Of a stretch of DNA of 64,000 nucleotides, positions 51,583 to 64,000 are shown one piece after another. This DNA is from Octopus sinensis (lineage: Eukaryota), in assembly GCF_006345805.1 (NCBI RefSeq), contig NC_042999.1, forward strand, positions 102,610,001-102,674,000, in the 5' to 3' direction. A program made the translations under genes and the position numbers. The notes beneath the pieces are model-generated. The model saw nothing but the letters and a program-made list of their open reading frames with translations, did not search any database and was not told where the DNA came from. Within the stretch, counting starts at the first letter, position 1. Each line of letters opens with the position of its first letter.

Positions 51583-53722
51583 CATACACACATGAATGTT
51601 ATTGCTTTTACATTTCACATAAAAATTTGATCTGTTATCTATTCATTGTATATGAGTCTTAACTTGTGCTGCATCATTTGAAAGCACTTATTGAAAATCT
51701 TAGTAAATTTCTGCATCATTCAATCACTAATCAATTGGTTATCTATCACTGTGTACATATTTATACACATCTCCATCATTGTCTACTGTATGGAAAATAT
51801 AATAAGCATGGTGGAAAACTTCTAAATGGAATTTATTATATATCCGATATGACAGTATTGGTGTTGGTTCTTATTTGTTTGTTGTCATTTATTACAACCA
51901 TCCTCAAGATATAAATTATATTAGTTTCCTAAGTCTTATGTATGTAGAAGACCTCCCTCTATATTATTCCCATGGTGATTGAGTGGGTGTGTGTAAATAT
52001 GTGTTGCTTATGTATATATGTATATGCAGCATATATGTATATCTTTATCCTATATATGTGTAGAAAGTACATATCTATAGCATTTCATGTATATCCCATA
52101 TATACGTGTGTATGTATGTGTATTAGATATAATAGTTTACGCCACTCTCTTTAGCCTACTCTTTGTCTCACCGGCTCTCTTTATCTTACTCAGCCTCCTT
52201 TCTTTTTTAACTGGAGTATTTATGTATCTATTCTACAACAAGACAACTATCCTTGTCCCTCTATACCTCTAATCTGTCATCAGCTGGCACAAATCCACCA
52301 TCCCACTCCCTACTAGTCTCTTTTCCCTGTTGAGGTAGTCTTTGTGACCCTATTGGGGTAAAAAGCACCCCAGTACAGTCTGTAGAGTGGTTGGCATTAG
52401 AAAAGGCATCCAGCCAATAGAAACCATGCCAAAACAGACAATGGGGCCTGATGCAGCTTCTGACCTTACTAGCACCTGTTAAACCATCCAACCCATGTCA
52501 TCATACAAAATAGACATTAAATGATGGTGATGATGATAATGGTCCTCATGGAAGAGATGACAATGGACCAAGATGTCTGGGGATATGAGGTTCTTGAGAA
52601 GACCTGTCCACCTCAGTGAAACTGAGTTCTGGAAGCCCTGTGTGTTTTACCCACATCATCATCATCGTTTAACATCCGTTTTCCATGCTAGCATGAGTTG
52701 GACGGTTCGACTGGGGTCTGGGAAGCCAGGAGGCTGCAGTCTGATCTAGCAGTGTTTCTACAGCTGGATGCCCTTCCTAACACCAACCACTCCATGAGTG
52801 TAGTGGGTGCTTTTTATGTGCCACTGGCACAGGTGACAGAGGACGCTGGCAACAGCCACAATTGGTTGGTGCTTTTCATATGCCACCGGCACGGAAGCCA
52901 ATCAAGGCGGCGCTGGCATCGACCATGTTCAGCCACATGTATCATTAAAATCTTTCACAAACCCTACTGCAGTAAATCAAACTACATCTGCCCTTCTTCT
53001 TACCCTCACTTTTTTCTTTTTCATGCCCTATGTTTATCTCTGCCCTTCCACTCCTACAGCCCAATCCTGTTCTCACTGCCCTGCCCACTGTGTTCTTGCT
53101 ATTCTTTGTCCCCACTTCCATACACCCAGGTTTTACCATTCACTGCTTTCTTCCCTTTCCCTCTTCTTTACATTTACATGAACTTCCTATTCACGCATCC
53201 TTCACAATGCTCTATTGTCCAGTATTTATTAGCATCTTTGTACCTTAAGAATATGCCCTGCCACGTCACTGGTGCAATGTGTAGAACATTCAGTCCACTC
53301 TGTAAAGTGGTTGGCATCCAGCTATGTAAAACCATGCCAAAACAGACAGTTGAGCTTGGTGCAGTCTTCAGGCTTGCTAGCTCATGTCAAACTGTCCAAC
53401 CCATATCAGCATGCAAAATGGACATTAAATGATGACAATAATGATATATATATATATAGGATCGTGGTTTCGATTCCCAGACTGGGCGTTGTGTGTATTT
53501 ATTGAGTGAAAGCACCTAAAAGCTCCACAAGGCTCCGGCAGGAGGTGGTGGTGACCCCTATTGTACTCTTTCACCACAACTTTCTCTCACTCTCTCTTCT
53601 TGTTTCTTGAGTAATGCTGTGATGGACTGGTATGCCGTCCAGCTGGGGGGAACACATACGCCACAGAAACCGGGAAACCGGGCCCATGAGCCTGGCTAGG
53701 CTTGAGAAGGGCGACGTTTATC

Positions 53723-53798
<76 letters not shown>

Positions 53799-54190
53799 GA
53801 TAGATAGACAGACAGACAGATAGATATGCTATACAGTATTTATGAATTTAGTCTCATAGTGGGCAATTCATGTTAATGGGTGGTTTCATGTTAAAGAAGC
53901 TTTCAAGCGTGGAAAAAATCTGGTATGAATCTCAAAAATTCATTAACAAATGTGGGAAGATTATTTTGTTTTGTGTGTGTGTGCACATGTGCACACATGC
54001 ACATGCACATGTGCCCTGTGGCGAGCTGTTTAAATCCACTTATGAATATCAGTTGTTTTTTGTTGATAAGGGATCTACCAGAAAAGTTGTGATATAAAAC
54101 TGTATATATATATATATCTGTGTGCGTGTGTGTATATATATATATATATACATGATATATGTATGTACCTATGGGTATGTTTGTACATAA

Positions 54191-54230
<40 letters not shown>

Positions 54231-54572
54231 ATATATATATATATATATATATATGTATTCCTCATTTATATACCTTTTCATTCCTACATAACTACAATAA
54301 TCTTAGAATATATTGATCATTTAAATTCCACTATTATTTGTGTTTTGATAATTTTTCTTCACTCTGTTTATACTTTATCTAATATGAATAATATAATACA
54401 CTTGATAATAGTAATAATTGATTCCTTTGTATACATATACATATAAATGTATAGATATATATTTATGTATATGTAAAAGTGTGTATATATGTATGTATTT
54501 ATATTTATAACGTAACTTTATGAACTTTCTAAACTCTCTGATGAAGCCCAGAGGCACACCCAAGTACCTTAA

Positions 54573-55655
54573 CCCTTTCGTTACCAAACCACCCAAAGCC
54601 GCCCGAAAAAAATTTTGGTTAATGTGACCAAACCACCCAACCCCGCCCGTATTTACTTATTCATATTTAAATGAGAATATCAGAGCAAATCTCTTAAGTA
54701 CATTCATGAAAACACGTATTATACTTCGTAAACAGTTCATCTAAAGTTTTGTACAACAATCGAAGTGCAATTTTAATTCGTGAATTTTGGGAGATTTTTT
54801 TCCGAAATTTGTTCCTATTGTGTTTTCAAAATTTGTAATTCTGACAAAAAATGGATATGAATTTCATTATATCAAGCAGCGAGTCAGAATTCGAAGGATT
54901 TTCTACTGAAGACCTTGATAAATCTAACTCTATGACTGAAAAAAAAAAGCACGTGGTATTTGATAATGAATCTGATGTTTCATTTTCTGAAAGTGAAAAC
55001 AGTGAATCCGAGAGCTCCGACAGCGATAAAGAAAATGAATTGGCACCTGAATGGAGTGAAAATTTAAAAACTGTTTCTTTCGGTGATTTTTCTGAAGAAA
55101 CTGGACCAAGCCACAGACTTTCCCAGGAGAGTAAAGCCTTAGATTATTTCTTTTTACTTTTTCGAATGAGCCTATTTGAAATCATTACGGCGGAAACGAA
55201 CCGTTACGCTAAATGTAAACAAAGTGAAAGAAAGGATAGTTAGTGGTTTCCCACAACCTTAAATGAAATTAAGACTATTTTGCCATAAATATTATTATGG
55301 GTATCAGAAAGTTACCCAGAATAACAAATTCTATCGTAAAATTTTGTTGTATACCCAATTGAATATTAGCTAATAACCCATTTTCTATAGCGATGTTTGA
55401 ACAAAATTTTTATAATTTTATATTTTGTTAAATTTACCTGTATCTACCTGCAATTAGTCACTTTGTGACAAAAATTATAGTATAGAATTGGTTGAGAACA
55501 TTTCATTAAATTATCTTCCAAAAATCAACTTAATATATTGATAAATTAAAAAGTTATAGTTGTTTAATGAAACCGGACTAAATTTATGATTATGTTAGAA
55601 ATTAATTGAAACACATAAGGGGTGTATTTTGGTCAGAAATATAGTAACGAAAGGG
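54573..55655 (+). mobile_element. Internally deleted piggyBac transposon; ORF 54851-55243 is the transposase N-terminus
   Basis: TTAA TSDs (54569-54572, 55656-55659) and TIR CCCTTTCGTTAC. Acidic N-terminus, then LDYFFLLF..ETNRYA..*WFPTT.NEIK as in PGBD-type proteins. Confidence 0.92.
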
Positions 55656-55681
55656 TTAATCTTATCTACCAAATACTTCAG

Positions 55682-55739
55682 TTCACTGAAGAGATGGAAG
55701 TGGGGTACTATGGCCTCTTGGTTGAAACAGCTGTAAGAA
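55682..55739 (+). ncRNA. Degenerate minimal hammerhead motif
   Basis: UUCA-CUGAAGA..GAA-ACAGCUGU-A-AGAA. Stem III is palindromic and stem II is poorly paired. Confidence 0.4.
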
Positions 55740-57355
55740 ACTATTCTACTTTCTTTGATCTATGTTATATATTTTAATAATTACTGGTATTTTTATATTT
55801 TATATATTATATTTGTAAAGCATAAAATGTTATACATATATGCATAGTTATAATTGATTTTTTATATATATATATAGTGTTGTGTTTGGGGAGAGTCATT
55901 TTCTTTCGGCAAAAGAGACCAATAGAATAAGTACTAGGCTTACTAAGAATAAGTCCTGGGGTTGATTTGATTTGCTTGACTAAAGGCAGTGCTCCAGCAT
56001 GGCCACAGTCAAATGACTGAACAAGTAAAAGAGTATATATATATATTTCTTATATAAATTATCATAGTTATTTATAAATACATTCACAAGCCTGTGAAGT
56101 TACTTTCAAAGATGCACGCTGTTTTAAAAATATGTGTGCAATATTAGTTGAATTTTATTTTAAAATTCATGTACATGAAATGATATCCACTTGTATAACT
56201 GCATATAATTGTAGATTGTGCAACTACAGTTTTGTCTTTGTGCAATCATTCATCATGCAGTTGGATGCTATTTCAGTGACATCTAATTACAACCACATTT
56301 GTCTAAGTGCAGCAATGTGCACTTGCTGTAATCTGCATGTCAGTGAAGTTGGAGCTATATTTAGTAACATTCAGATGCATTTTTAGCAAGGCATATATAA
56401 AGTTACACCCAGCTGCAGCAAAATCAATCACAGCCTGTCAGATTTTTTTTTGATCCCTAGTTCCACTTTAGGTTTCGGCTATGGAAGCCAAAAAGCATCA
56501 TCAAGTGCAACACCAGTTACATTTGATTGAAAATGTATATACAAACTGTTGTGTAGTTGCAAATATATGCAACTATATTCCAAAATTGAAATATAGTGTC
56601 CACAAATTAGTGATTTATGTTGTTTGAATTTGTTAAGAGAATATGCACATATCATTATATTTGTTTAGAGAATATGCACATATCATTATATAATTCAGTT
56701 TAATTAGCTTTAATGTTTTAATCTTTTCATGTTCATACATTGAACAGCTAGCAATACTTTGTATCAATTATTACTAGAATTCAGAATAATGTGTGTGTGT
56801 GTATGTGGTTATTTAATCCACTACGCTACAGTTCATATTTTCACCTGCAATGCATTTCACTTCTCCTGCTTTCATTAGGTATCATACTTTTCGTTTCTCT
56901 TTCTCTCTCTCAAAATAAAGATCCATATGTTTAATCCTTGTCAAAAAATGATTTTATATTTTTATAAAAATATGAAATCAGATGATAATAATAATTATAA
57001 TGAAATTATTGTATACAGTGCTCAGATGCACCACAACTTGTCAAAAGTGCATATGAAGAATATGCAGTAATGTACAAATGTCTGGAAGGTGAACAGTGTA
57101 TGAGTCAGATACATGCTTGCGTGTGTAAGGAGGGGAGAAAATCAGGCATAGTGTTGGTGAATTTCAGGAAGATACTTAAAGAGTATACTATTTAAAACAT
57201 TGGATAGATATGTTATTTCTTTCACATAACTCCCCAATCCATTGAACATGTGCCTATATCTAATTTCTATAATGGTAGGTGATTGATAGAGAAATGTGCA
57301 CCTAGAGAGGGTACCAGTCTGTTGCTAGTTAACTCACTACTACACATTGCAGATG

Positions 57356-57449
57356 GACCTCAAGTGGCCTGAACTCTTTACATGAACACCACCCTGTACT
57401 TAACTCCATGTCCCCCTACATGGCCTTGCTATTTGCTTTTGAGCCAAAT

Positions 57450-57489
<40 letters not shown>
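57356..57489 (+). mobile_element. Short 3' fragment of the same CR1 family as 41461-42472
   Basis: Nearly identical to the reverse complement of about 41461-41575, with a longer (AACT)n tail. Confidence 0.9.
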
Positions 57490-58434
57490 CTAAAATCATC
57501 TATGCAAATCAACAAAACACTTGCTGATTTTCTATGTTGCATCTACTACTTGCAAGCAGTAAAATATACCATTATATAGTGTGTATTAAATGTTTGCTGA
57601 ACTGAGCTACTGATGTCATATTGAGTGGAGATTCAATGATGCACATGATATTTGACTACTTGCTCTTGGTGCAGCCATCTGGTTCGCCAGTCCTCAGTCA
57701 AACTGTCCAACCCATGCTAGCATGGAAAACGGACGTTAAATGATGATGATGAGGATGATGATGATGTTGACTATGTCATCATGCAGGGCTGTGGAGTCAA
57801 AGTCAGAGCTGGTAAAAATGTATCAATTCTAACAGTAATGTAAATTGTAATATGATGCATTAAAATTTCCAATTTCACAGATACTAATTTGACTATCATC
57901 TGCATTAAAAATAATCAGATCAGATTTTAAGGACTTCTATGAATAAGAATCTGATAGAAGTCATTTTGTTTTTAAGAACAAGATGTTAATAAATTTGGGG
58001 CTTGGATTTTTGACTTCACTTCTGTTCTATAGATAGAATTTTCTTTCTATAAATTTATGTAGGAATAAACTTTTTGGTCTTTGTTATATCATCAGTGATG
58101 ATATATGATCTGTGTGTGTGTGTGTGGTGTGTGTGTATGTGTGTAAAACAATATCTCACAGTACCAAATATAGCCATATAACAATAAGCAATTTAACAAG
58201 AGTTGGTTATCTTATTATAACCGTTCACACAATAACAATCCAATACTCCAATGGCAGAATCTCACAGTTTGGCTTCATCTGCCTACTGGCTCATCTATTT
58301 ATAGACTCATGCTGTCCATTGACAATCACATGCAGAGATGTCAGTTCACTCCACAACAATCTTTTACAATATAATTTTGATTTTTTCATTTAATGTAAAC
58401 TTTCAAGTTACATTCACCTAAATTTTATATTTGA

Positions 58435-58654
58435 TCCTTTTAATGTTTGAACTGGCCATATCCAGCAAAATATCCTACCTGCTTTATGGTTAAACTATCT
58501 GGATCTTGCCTCTCACACCTACCCTGCAATTTCATTCTAAAAATAGACAATTACATCTTTGAAATCTCAATGCTACAAGATAGAACATGATTAATTTTAA
58601 TAAATCTGAATAAAGAAACATTACATTTAACAAAATAATCTGAATGCTAAAAGG
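58435..58654. mobile_element. piggyBac-type MITE (inverted copy of the 5086 family)
   Basis: tgaatgctaaaagg|ttaa terminus; the body is inverse to 5086-5305. Confidence 0.7.
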
Positions 58655-60220
58655 TTAAACAATGCTTTAATCTTGAAAAGTAAAGGTTCTTTTCAAGATT
58701 AAAGCATTGTTTAAATATAAAATTTCAGTGAATACAAGATGAAAATCATTCATATTGAGTTTAATTCTTTTAACAATAGTTCTTCCTTACTTTGGGATAT
58801 TCAATATTTTGCTTTTAATTTTGATATCCTTTAGATTTTTGAAATGGTTAACAAAGAGGTTTCCAATTTTTGTCCTGTAGTATTTTTATAGTTTATTTCT
58901 TTTATATCCTTCGGTTTTATAGCCCTTTGATAAAACACTCTTTTTTTAATTTTGTAAGTTTTATTATGTGAAGTTGTATGGCTTAGTGGTTAAGGGTATT
59001 AACCACTAAGTTAATTTGGCTCATGATTGTAAGATCGTGAGTTCAATTCCTATTGGTGCATTGTGTCCTTGAGCAAGACAATTTATTTCACATTGCTCCA
59101 ATCCACTCAGGTGGGAAAAATGAGTTGTACTGGTATTTCAAAGGGCCAGCCTTGTCACATTATGTGTCATACTGAATCTCACTGAAAACTTCATTAAGGG
59201 AATGTGTGTCTGTGGATTGCTCAACCACTTAGACATTAATTTCAGAGTAGGCTGTTCCACTAACCAGATCAACTGAAACCCTTGTTGTCATAATCAATGG
59301 AATGCCAGTAAATTTTATCATGTTTCATTGTTGTAAATTATTTAATAAATATTATAAGAAAGCTTTAACAGCAGAACTTTAAGCTCAACAAAGACTGTTA
59401 ACAAATAGCCTGGTGATTTGCATTGATCATGTATGCTATGTACCTTCAGTCAATATAAGAAATATATGATTAGTCTAATTACAAAAAGAAGAGTTCCTGT
59501 CTGTGTCAGTGCTACCCTAAATTAATGAGTGTCAGAGTTGTAGTTGAATACTTTGTGCACCATATTTTACAATGCTGTATTCTACATTGCAACATTTCAC
59601 ATTGTTAGGGTGGTGAGCTGGTAGACTCATTACTGTGGTGGGCAAGATGCTTAGCAGTATTTCATATGACTTTACATTCTGAATTTGAATTCCATCAAGG
59701 TCAACTTTGCCTTTCATCCTTTCTGGGTTGATGAAGTAAGTACCAGTTAATCACTGGGGTCTATGTAAACAACTCAATCCCCCCCCCCCCAAGATTACTG
59801 GCCTTGAGCCAAATTTGAAACCAGTATTCTATATTCTCGCAGTTTACTTCTCTGTCACAAATAATTGTCAGAGCAAGGAATGTTACTTTTGTTAGACTGA
59901 TGCTCTAGCTACCATTACGTGTTTAGTACTCCTTGTACTAGTTGTTAAACACAGACTTTATAAAACTCTATGAATCCCTGAAGATTTTATGTGGAAACAT
60001 CTTTTTCCTTATAAGTAGATTGATTATCTGACTTATTGGTTCAATAAGTTTATAGAAATACATAAAAGAGATTTTTGGAAACTACTAAATTTGAGGTATA
60101 AAAAGTATGGTCAATAGAAATGCTTGGTGAATGATGGTTTATGCTAGAAAGATGGTGAATGGAATTATAAATAAGCTGAATAAAGCTGCTTGAAACATTA
60201 ATCTTGTTCTCATTTCACAG

Positions 60221-60244
60221 AGCAACAAACATAAACCGTTTTAG
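60221..60244 (+). CDS. Candidate terminal coding exon of the FLVCR-like gene (SNKHKPF*)
   Basis: Good acceptor cttgttctcatttcacag, phase-0 compatible, followed by a long repeat-poor AT-rich stretch. No homology support. Confidence 0.25.
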   Translation, partial: SNKHKPF

Positions 60245-62827
60245 TTTATAAACTCATAGTTTTGCTATTTATATATATATATTTTGTGCACTGGTGGTTG
60301 CATTTTACATAAACAGAGTGTTTTATTTATTTTTTATAACTCCTGAAGAAAAATTTATAAGAGAATAAAAATATTGAAAATATTGTTAAAAGTGTATTTT
60401 TTTCATTTATGAATCTTAAAAGACTGAGATTAACATTGATTTCAAGTATTATTATAATTCATGTATTTATATGATATTTAAATTAGATTAGAGATTGAAA
60501 TAATGGTGGGATAGGGAAATTTATCATGTATGCTAGTGAGAATGTTCATGATGTTAGGCTATAAATGTGAATGAATGAAGGTAGTATTTGAGCATTATGA
60601 TTATTGTGAACATGGTAAGAATGAATGGAAGAAGAAAAACAAGAACAAGTTTCTATTGGCTGTTCTGATGAGGTGGGTTTACAATAGGGAAATACCCATG
60701 TATGAAATTTGAATGGTTGTGATTCTTTGTCAAGTGAGTGAATAAGTGAAATAAAGGAAGATAATTTGTAAATAAAGAAATGATAGTTATGAGGGATATC
60801 AGATTTACATTTATCATGAAGGGAAGCAATAACAGAATAGAAATGAAGTTGCACTTTCATTTATGGAGAATATTTAATTGTACAAAAAGACAATAACTCT
60901 GAATTGAAATGATAACAACCGAATTATTGACTATTTTATATTCATTTTAAGACCAAATCTCTGTGTGAATGAGTTTTCAACATGACTGAAAAGAAAAGAA
61001 AGAAAAACAAATTTAACCTAATTTTGTCTTACAAATGTTCTATAATGGATTTTGTGCATTCAAATATTTCAATCTTTTGAATCCTTCAGTCCTTAGAATG
61101 TCTATCTTTTGCACACTGAAAATTGCACTGGTATTGGCACTAGTGAAAATTACAGTGCTGCTACTCAAGTAAGTGAAGGTTACCAAAAAAATAAACCTTT
61201 AAAAAACTTTAAAAAAAACTTTGAGATAAAACTTTGGTTGCAGAAATAATGTTTATTGATATAGCAGGAATGTTTATTGACAATATTGGTTGTTAAGGTA
61301 ATAATTTTTATTATTAATGTGATAATATTTGTTGTTAAGATGATAATGTTTAGGTGATAATGTTTAATGTTACAGTGACAATGGTTAGTGTTAGGGTGGT
61401 AGTGTGGATCTGTTTAATAATATACTTATATTGACAACATTTATTTTTTATAGCAGCCATATTTCATTATTATAATAACATAGTAGTAATAATATTTATT
61501 GTTATAATGACAATATTTATTGTGAAATGGACAATATTACCGAGGCAGTGTTTATTGTTATATGTTTGTAATGAGGAGGAAGCTAATGGTAAATATACTT
61601 CTCCTATGTCAATGTATTTTATTATTTCGGTGTTTTCTGCTTGCTTTTGCTATTTTTTCATCTCTTTTTTTAATTCTCATTTTCTGCTCTATTATTTGTT
61701 AACCATTCTCTAACTTACCACTAATTCTAATTTTTTCACACTCACTCCTCACTTCTTTCAATATTTACTTCACAATATATAAATCTGTTGTTTGAATATG
61801 CATGTTTGTTTTTTTTTTCCTTTTTCAAGCACTATGCATCTATGGTATATTTGTTGTGGTTTCTACATTGTCACATTGAGCAGTAATTTTTAATGTTCTT
61901 ATTTCCAAAAAAATAGCCCACTTTCCTCCCAACCAACACCCTATACATACAACAACAAAAGAAAGTTCTGTTTTCATGTTTTCTTTTGTTGCTTTGTTGA
62001 TACTCAAGAACAAAGTGTTTTTCATTTGAAGATGTAAATTTAAAAAGGAGTTACATTTTGCACAATAAGTATATATGTTAGTATATATGGTAAATATATA
62101 TATATATTTACTAGATATTATCTGCTTAAATAATCAATACACATCTTGAACTGCAGTACATTCCTTCATTCCCTTTAACAGCTGTCGACTGGAGATCACA
62201 ATGATTATAGCATCTTCCAGCAGCATTATCGCTCTCTCTCCAGCAATGCCGAACAGCATTATTACTACCAGAGAATGTCCAGATTGTGTTTTCGGCCAAT
62301 GTTGTAGCACGCTTCTTTCCTCCTATCATAAATGCAGCCAGTTTATCAAATTTCTAGCAGCTGCAACCTGGCAATGATTATTTTGTTTGAATAATTGCTA
62401 AAGATTTATTTTTTACATTCTCATCTCTCATCTTTGATCATTCTCTCACATACCTCTGTGATATCCACAATGAAGCATTCTCTGATTCTCTCTGCAGTTC
62501 ACAAATAATATAACACTGACAAATATTATTATTAAATACATAGATCAAAGACTAGGCATGTGCTGTATTAGCATTGGTGCTTGCTATCTGTAACCACTAC
62601 TTTGGATCAATTGAAGAATGAAGAATGTACAGAGGAAAAAACAAATGTTGTGTTATGAAAACCTGATGTTCCCTTCATGTGAAATAAAAGCCAAACATTA
62701 ATAATGGGTGCAATGAATATCTGATGGAGCCCATTGGTTTTTATTATGTTCATGTTTTAACACCATTTACTAAACAGAATGTGCCAAGCTTTTACTTTAA
62801 TATTATTACACTTTGAAATTAATTGCC

Positions 62828-62865
<38 letters not shown>

Positions 62866-63912
62866 TGTGTGTGTATATGTGTGTGTGTGTGTCTTTTTTA
62901 CAATAACTTCTAATGATAACAAATGAAATATTTTGACCTGCATTGAGCTAGAATTTTTTGGTTTTTAACTGCATATTTCTCCTTAGTTAAACAACAGTTG
63001 TTTTGAAATGTCAAAGAACTCAAAGGGCTTATCAGAAGATTTATATACGATAATGACCAAGCAGTTTTGGTTATATATTTTACTTTAAGTACTTTGAACT
63101 GGTTTTTGGTTGCAATTGACTCACCCTAGTCTGCTCTGTTGAATAGCCCTGGTCAGCACTGCTCAAGTAGATCTATAGGATGCATGAGATTGATCAAATG
63201 CTTATGCTTAAAAGCTTCTTGTATATGCCTAATTACACTGGTATACAACTCTAGGATGCAGAATTAGATTTGTGGGTTGCAGTGTGACAGTAAATATATG
63301 TTGCACTTGCTGTGCTCCATAGTTTTGTCACCAAACATGGATTCAGAGGCCATATGATTTAAGTCTAATTACTCCAGCAAAGTAATTTTGACATATTTTC
63401 TCAGAAGGTGCTTCTGTGAGATTGCTCCTATGGTAGAATTAACAGCTAAATCTCCCTCATCACACACTACCATCTTAAAAAGGGGAAAGACTAGGATTAT
63501 CTAGGATTACATTTGATAATGTAATCCTAGATAACCCTTAAAAAGGTGGTTATTCATGGATGGAATGCCTTTGAGCATGGGTTTCCATTCGGTTAGGCTG
63601 GAGCTAAATAATAACTTACTTGGTTTTGCATGTAGACCCTATCCTCTCAACCCAGAACCACAATAGTTAAATCTTATATCTAACAACAACCTGTATACAT
63701 ACATGTGCTACGGCATGACTACAATACTAACTGAATGAAGAATTTCTACTCAGTTGAGTAGTTTTCTTAGAGATTAGCTTACCTACATAGTTCACTCAAA
63801 GGGAATATATACCTACATATATATATTATTATATATATATATATTACATACATATATATATATGCATATATACATACATATATATATATGCAATATATCA
63901 CATATATATATA

Positions 63913-63988
<76 letters not shown>

Positions 63989-64000
63989 ACGAAGATAGCT

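Noticed and set aside
56472-56530. Candidate terminal exon GFGYGSQKASSSATPVTFD*
   Set aside because: It needs a phase-1 junction whereas exon 45726 ends in phase 0, and no bridging exon was found.
62215-62260. Minus-frame FGIAGERA resembling hydroxyethylthiazole kinase (ThiM)
   Set aside because: It is an eight-residue match only. The expected following GPGSF motif and the rest of the fold are absent.

Overview
This is a eukaryotic, AT-rich window crowded with microsatellites and transposons. The SINE repertoire looks like an octopod cephalopod (inferred from recognition, not searched). The only host gene I can support is the 3' part of an FLVCR/SLC49-family MFS transporter on the + strand. 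Three exons (22578-22683, 39754-39865, 45683-45726) splice in frame across introns of about 17 kb and 5.8 kb. Its upstream exons were not found and its terminal exon is unresolved. The rest is intronic or intergenic: several SINE families, fragments of RTE, CR1 and Penelope retroelements, remnants and MITEs of mariner/Tc1, piggyBac, pogo-like, hAT-like and Helitron elements, and many (TA)n, (CA)n and (CAT)n tracts. Nearly all ORF-track entries are microsatellite or repeat artefacts. The most interesting signals are five minimal hammerhead-ribozyme motifs (one intact, three with a GUU rather than GUC/GUA cleavage triplet), several long hairpins in the pre-mRNA, and scars of local templated copying or recombination. 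There is also a repeat-poor stretch of about 2.7 kb near the right end containing a CpG-retaining, exon-like island. I found no prokaryotic features or CRISPR arrays, and I cannot claim a wholly new system from sequence alone.
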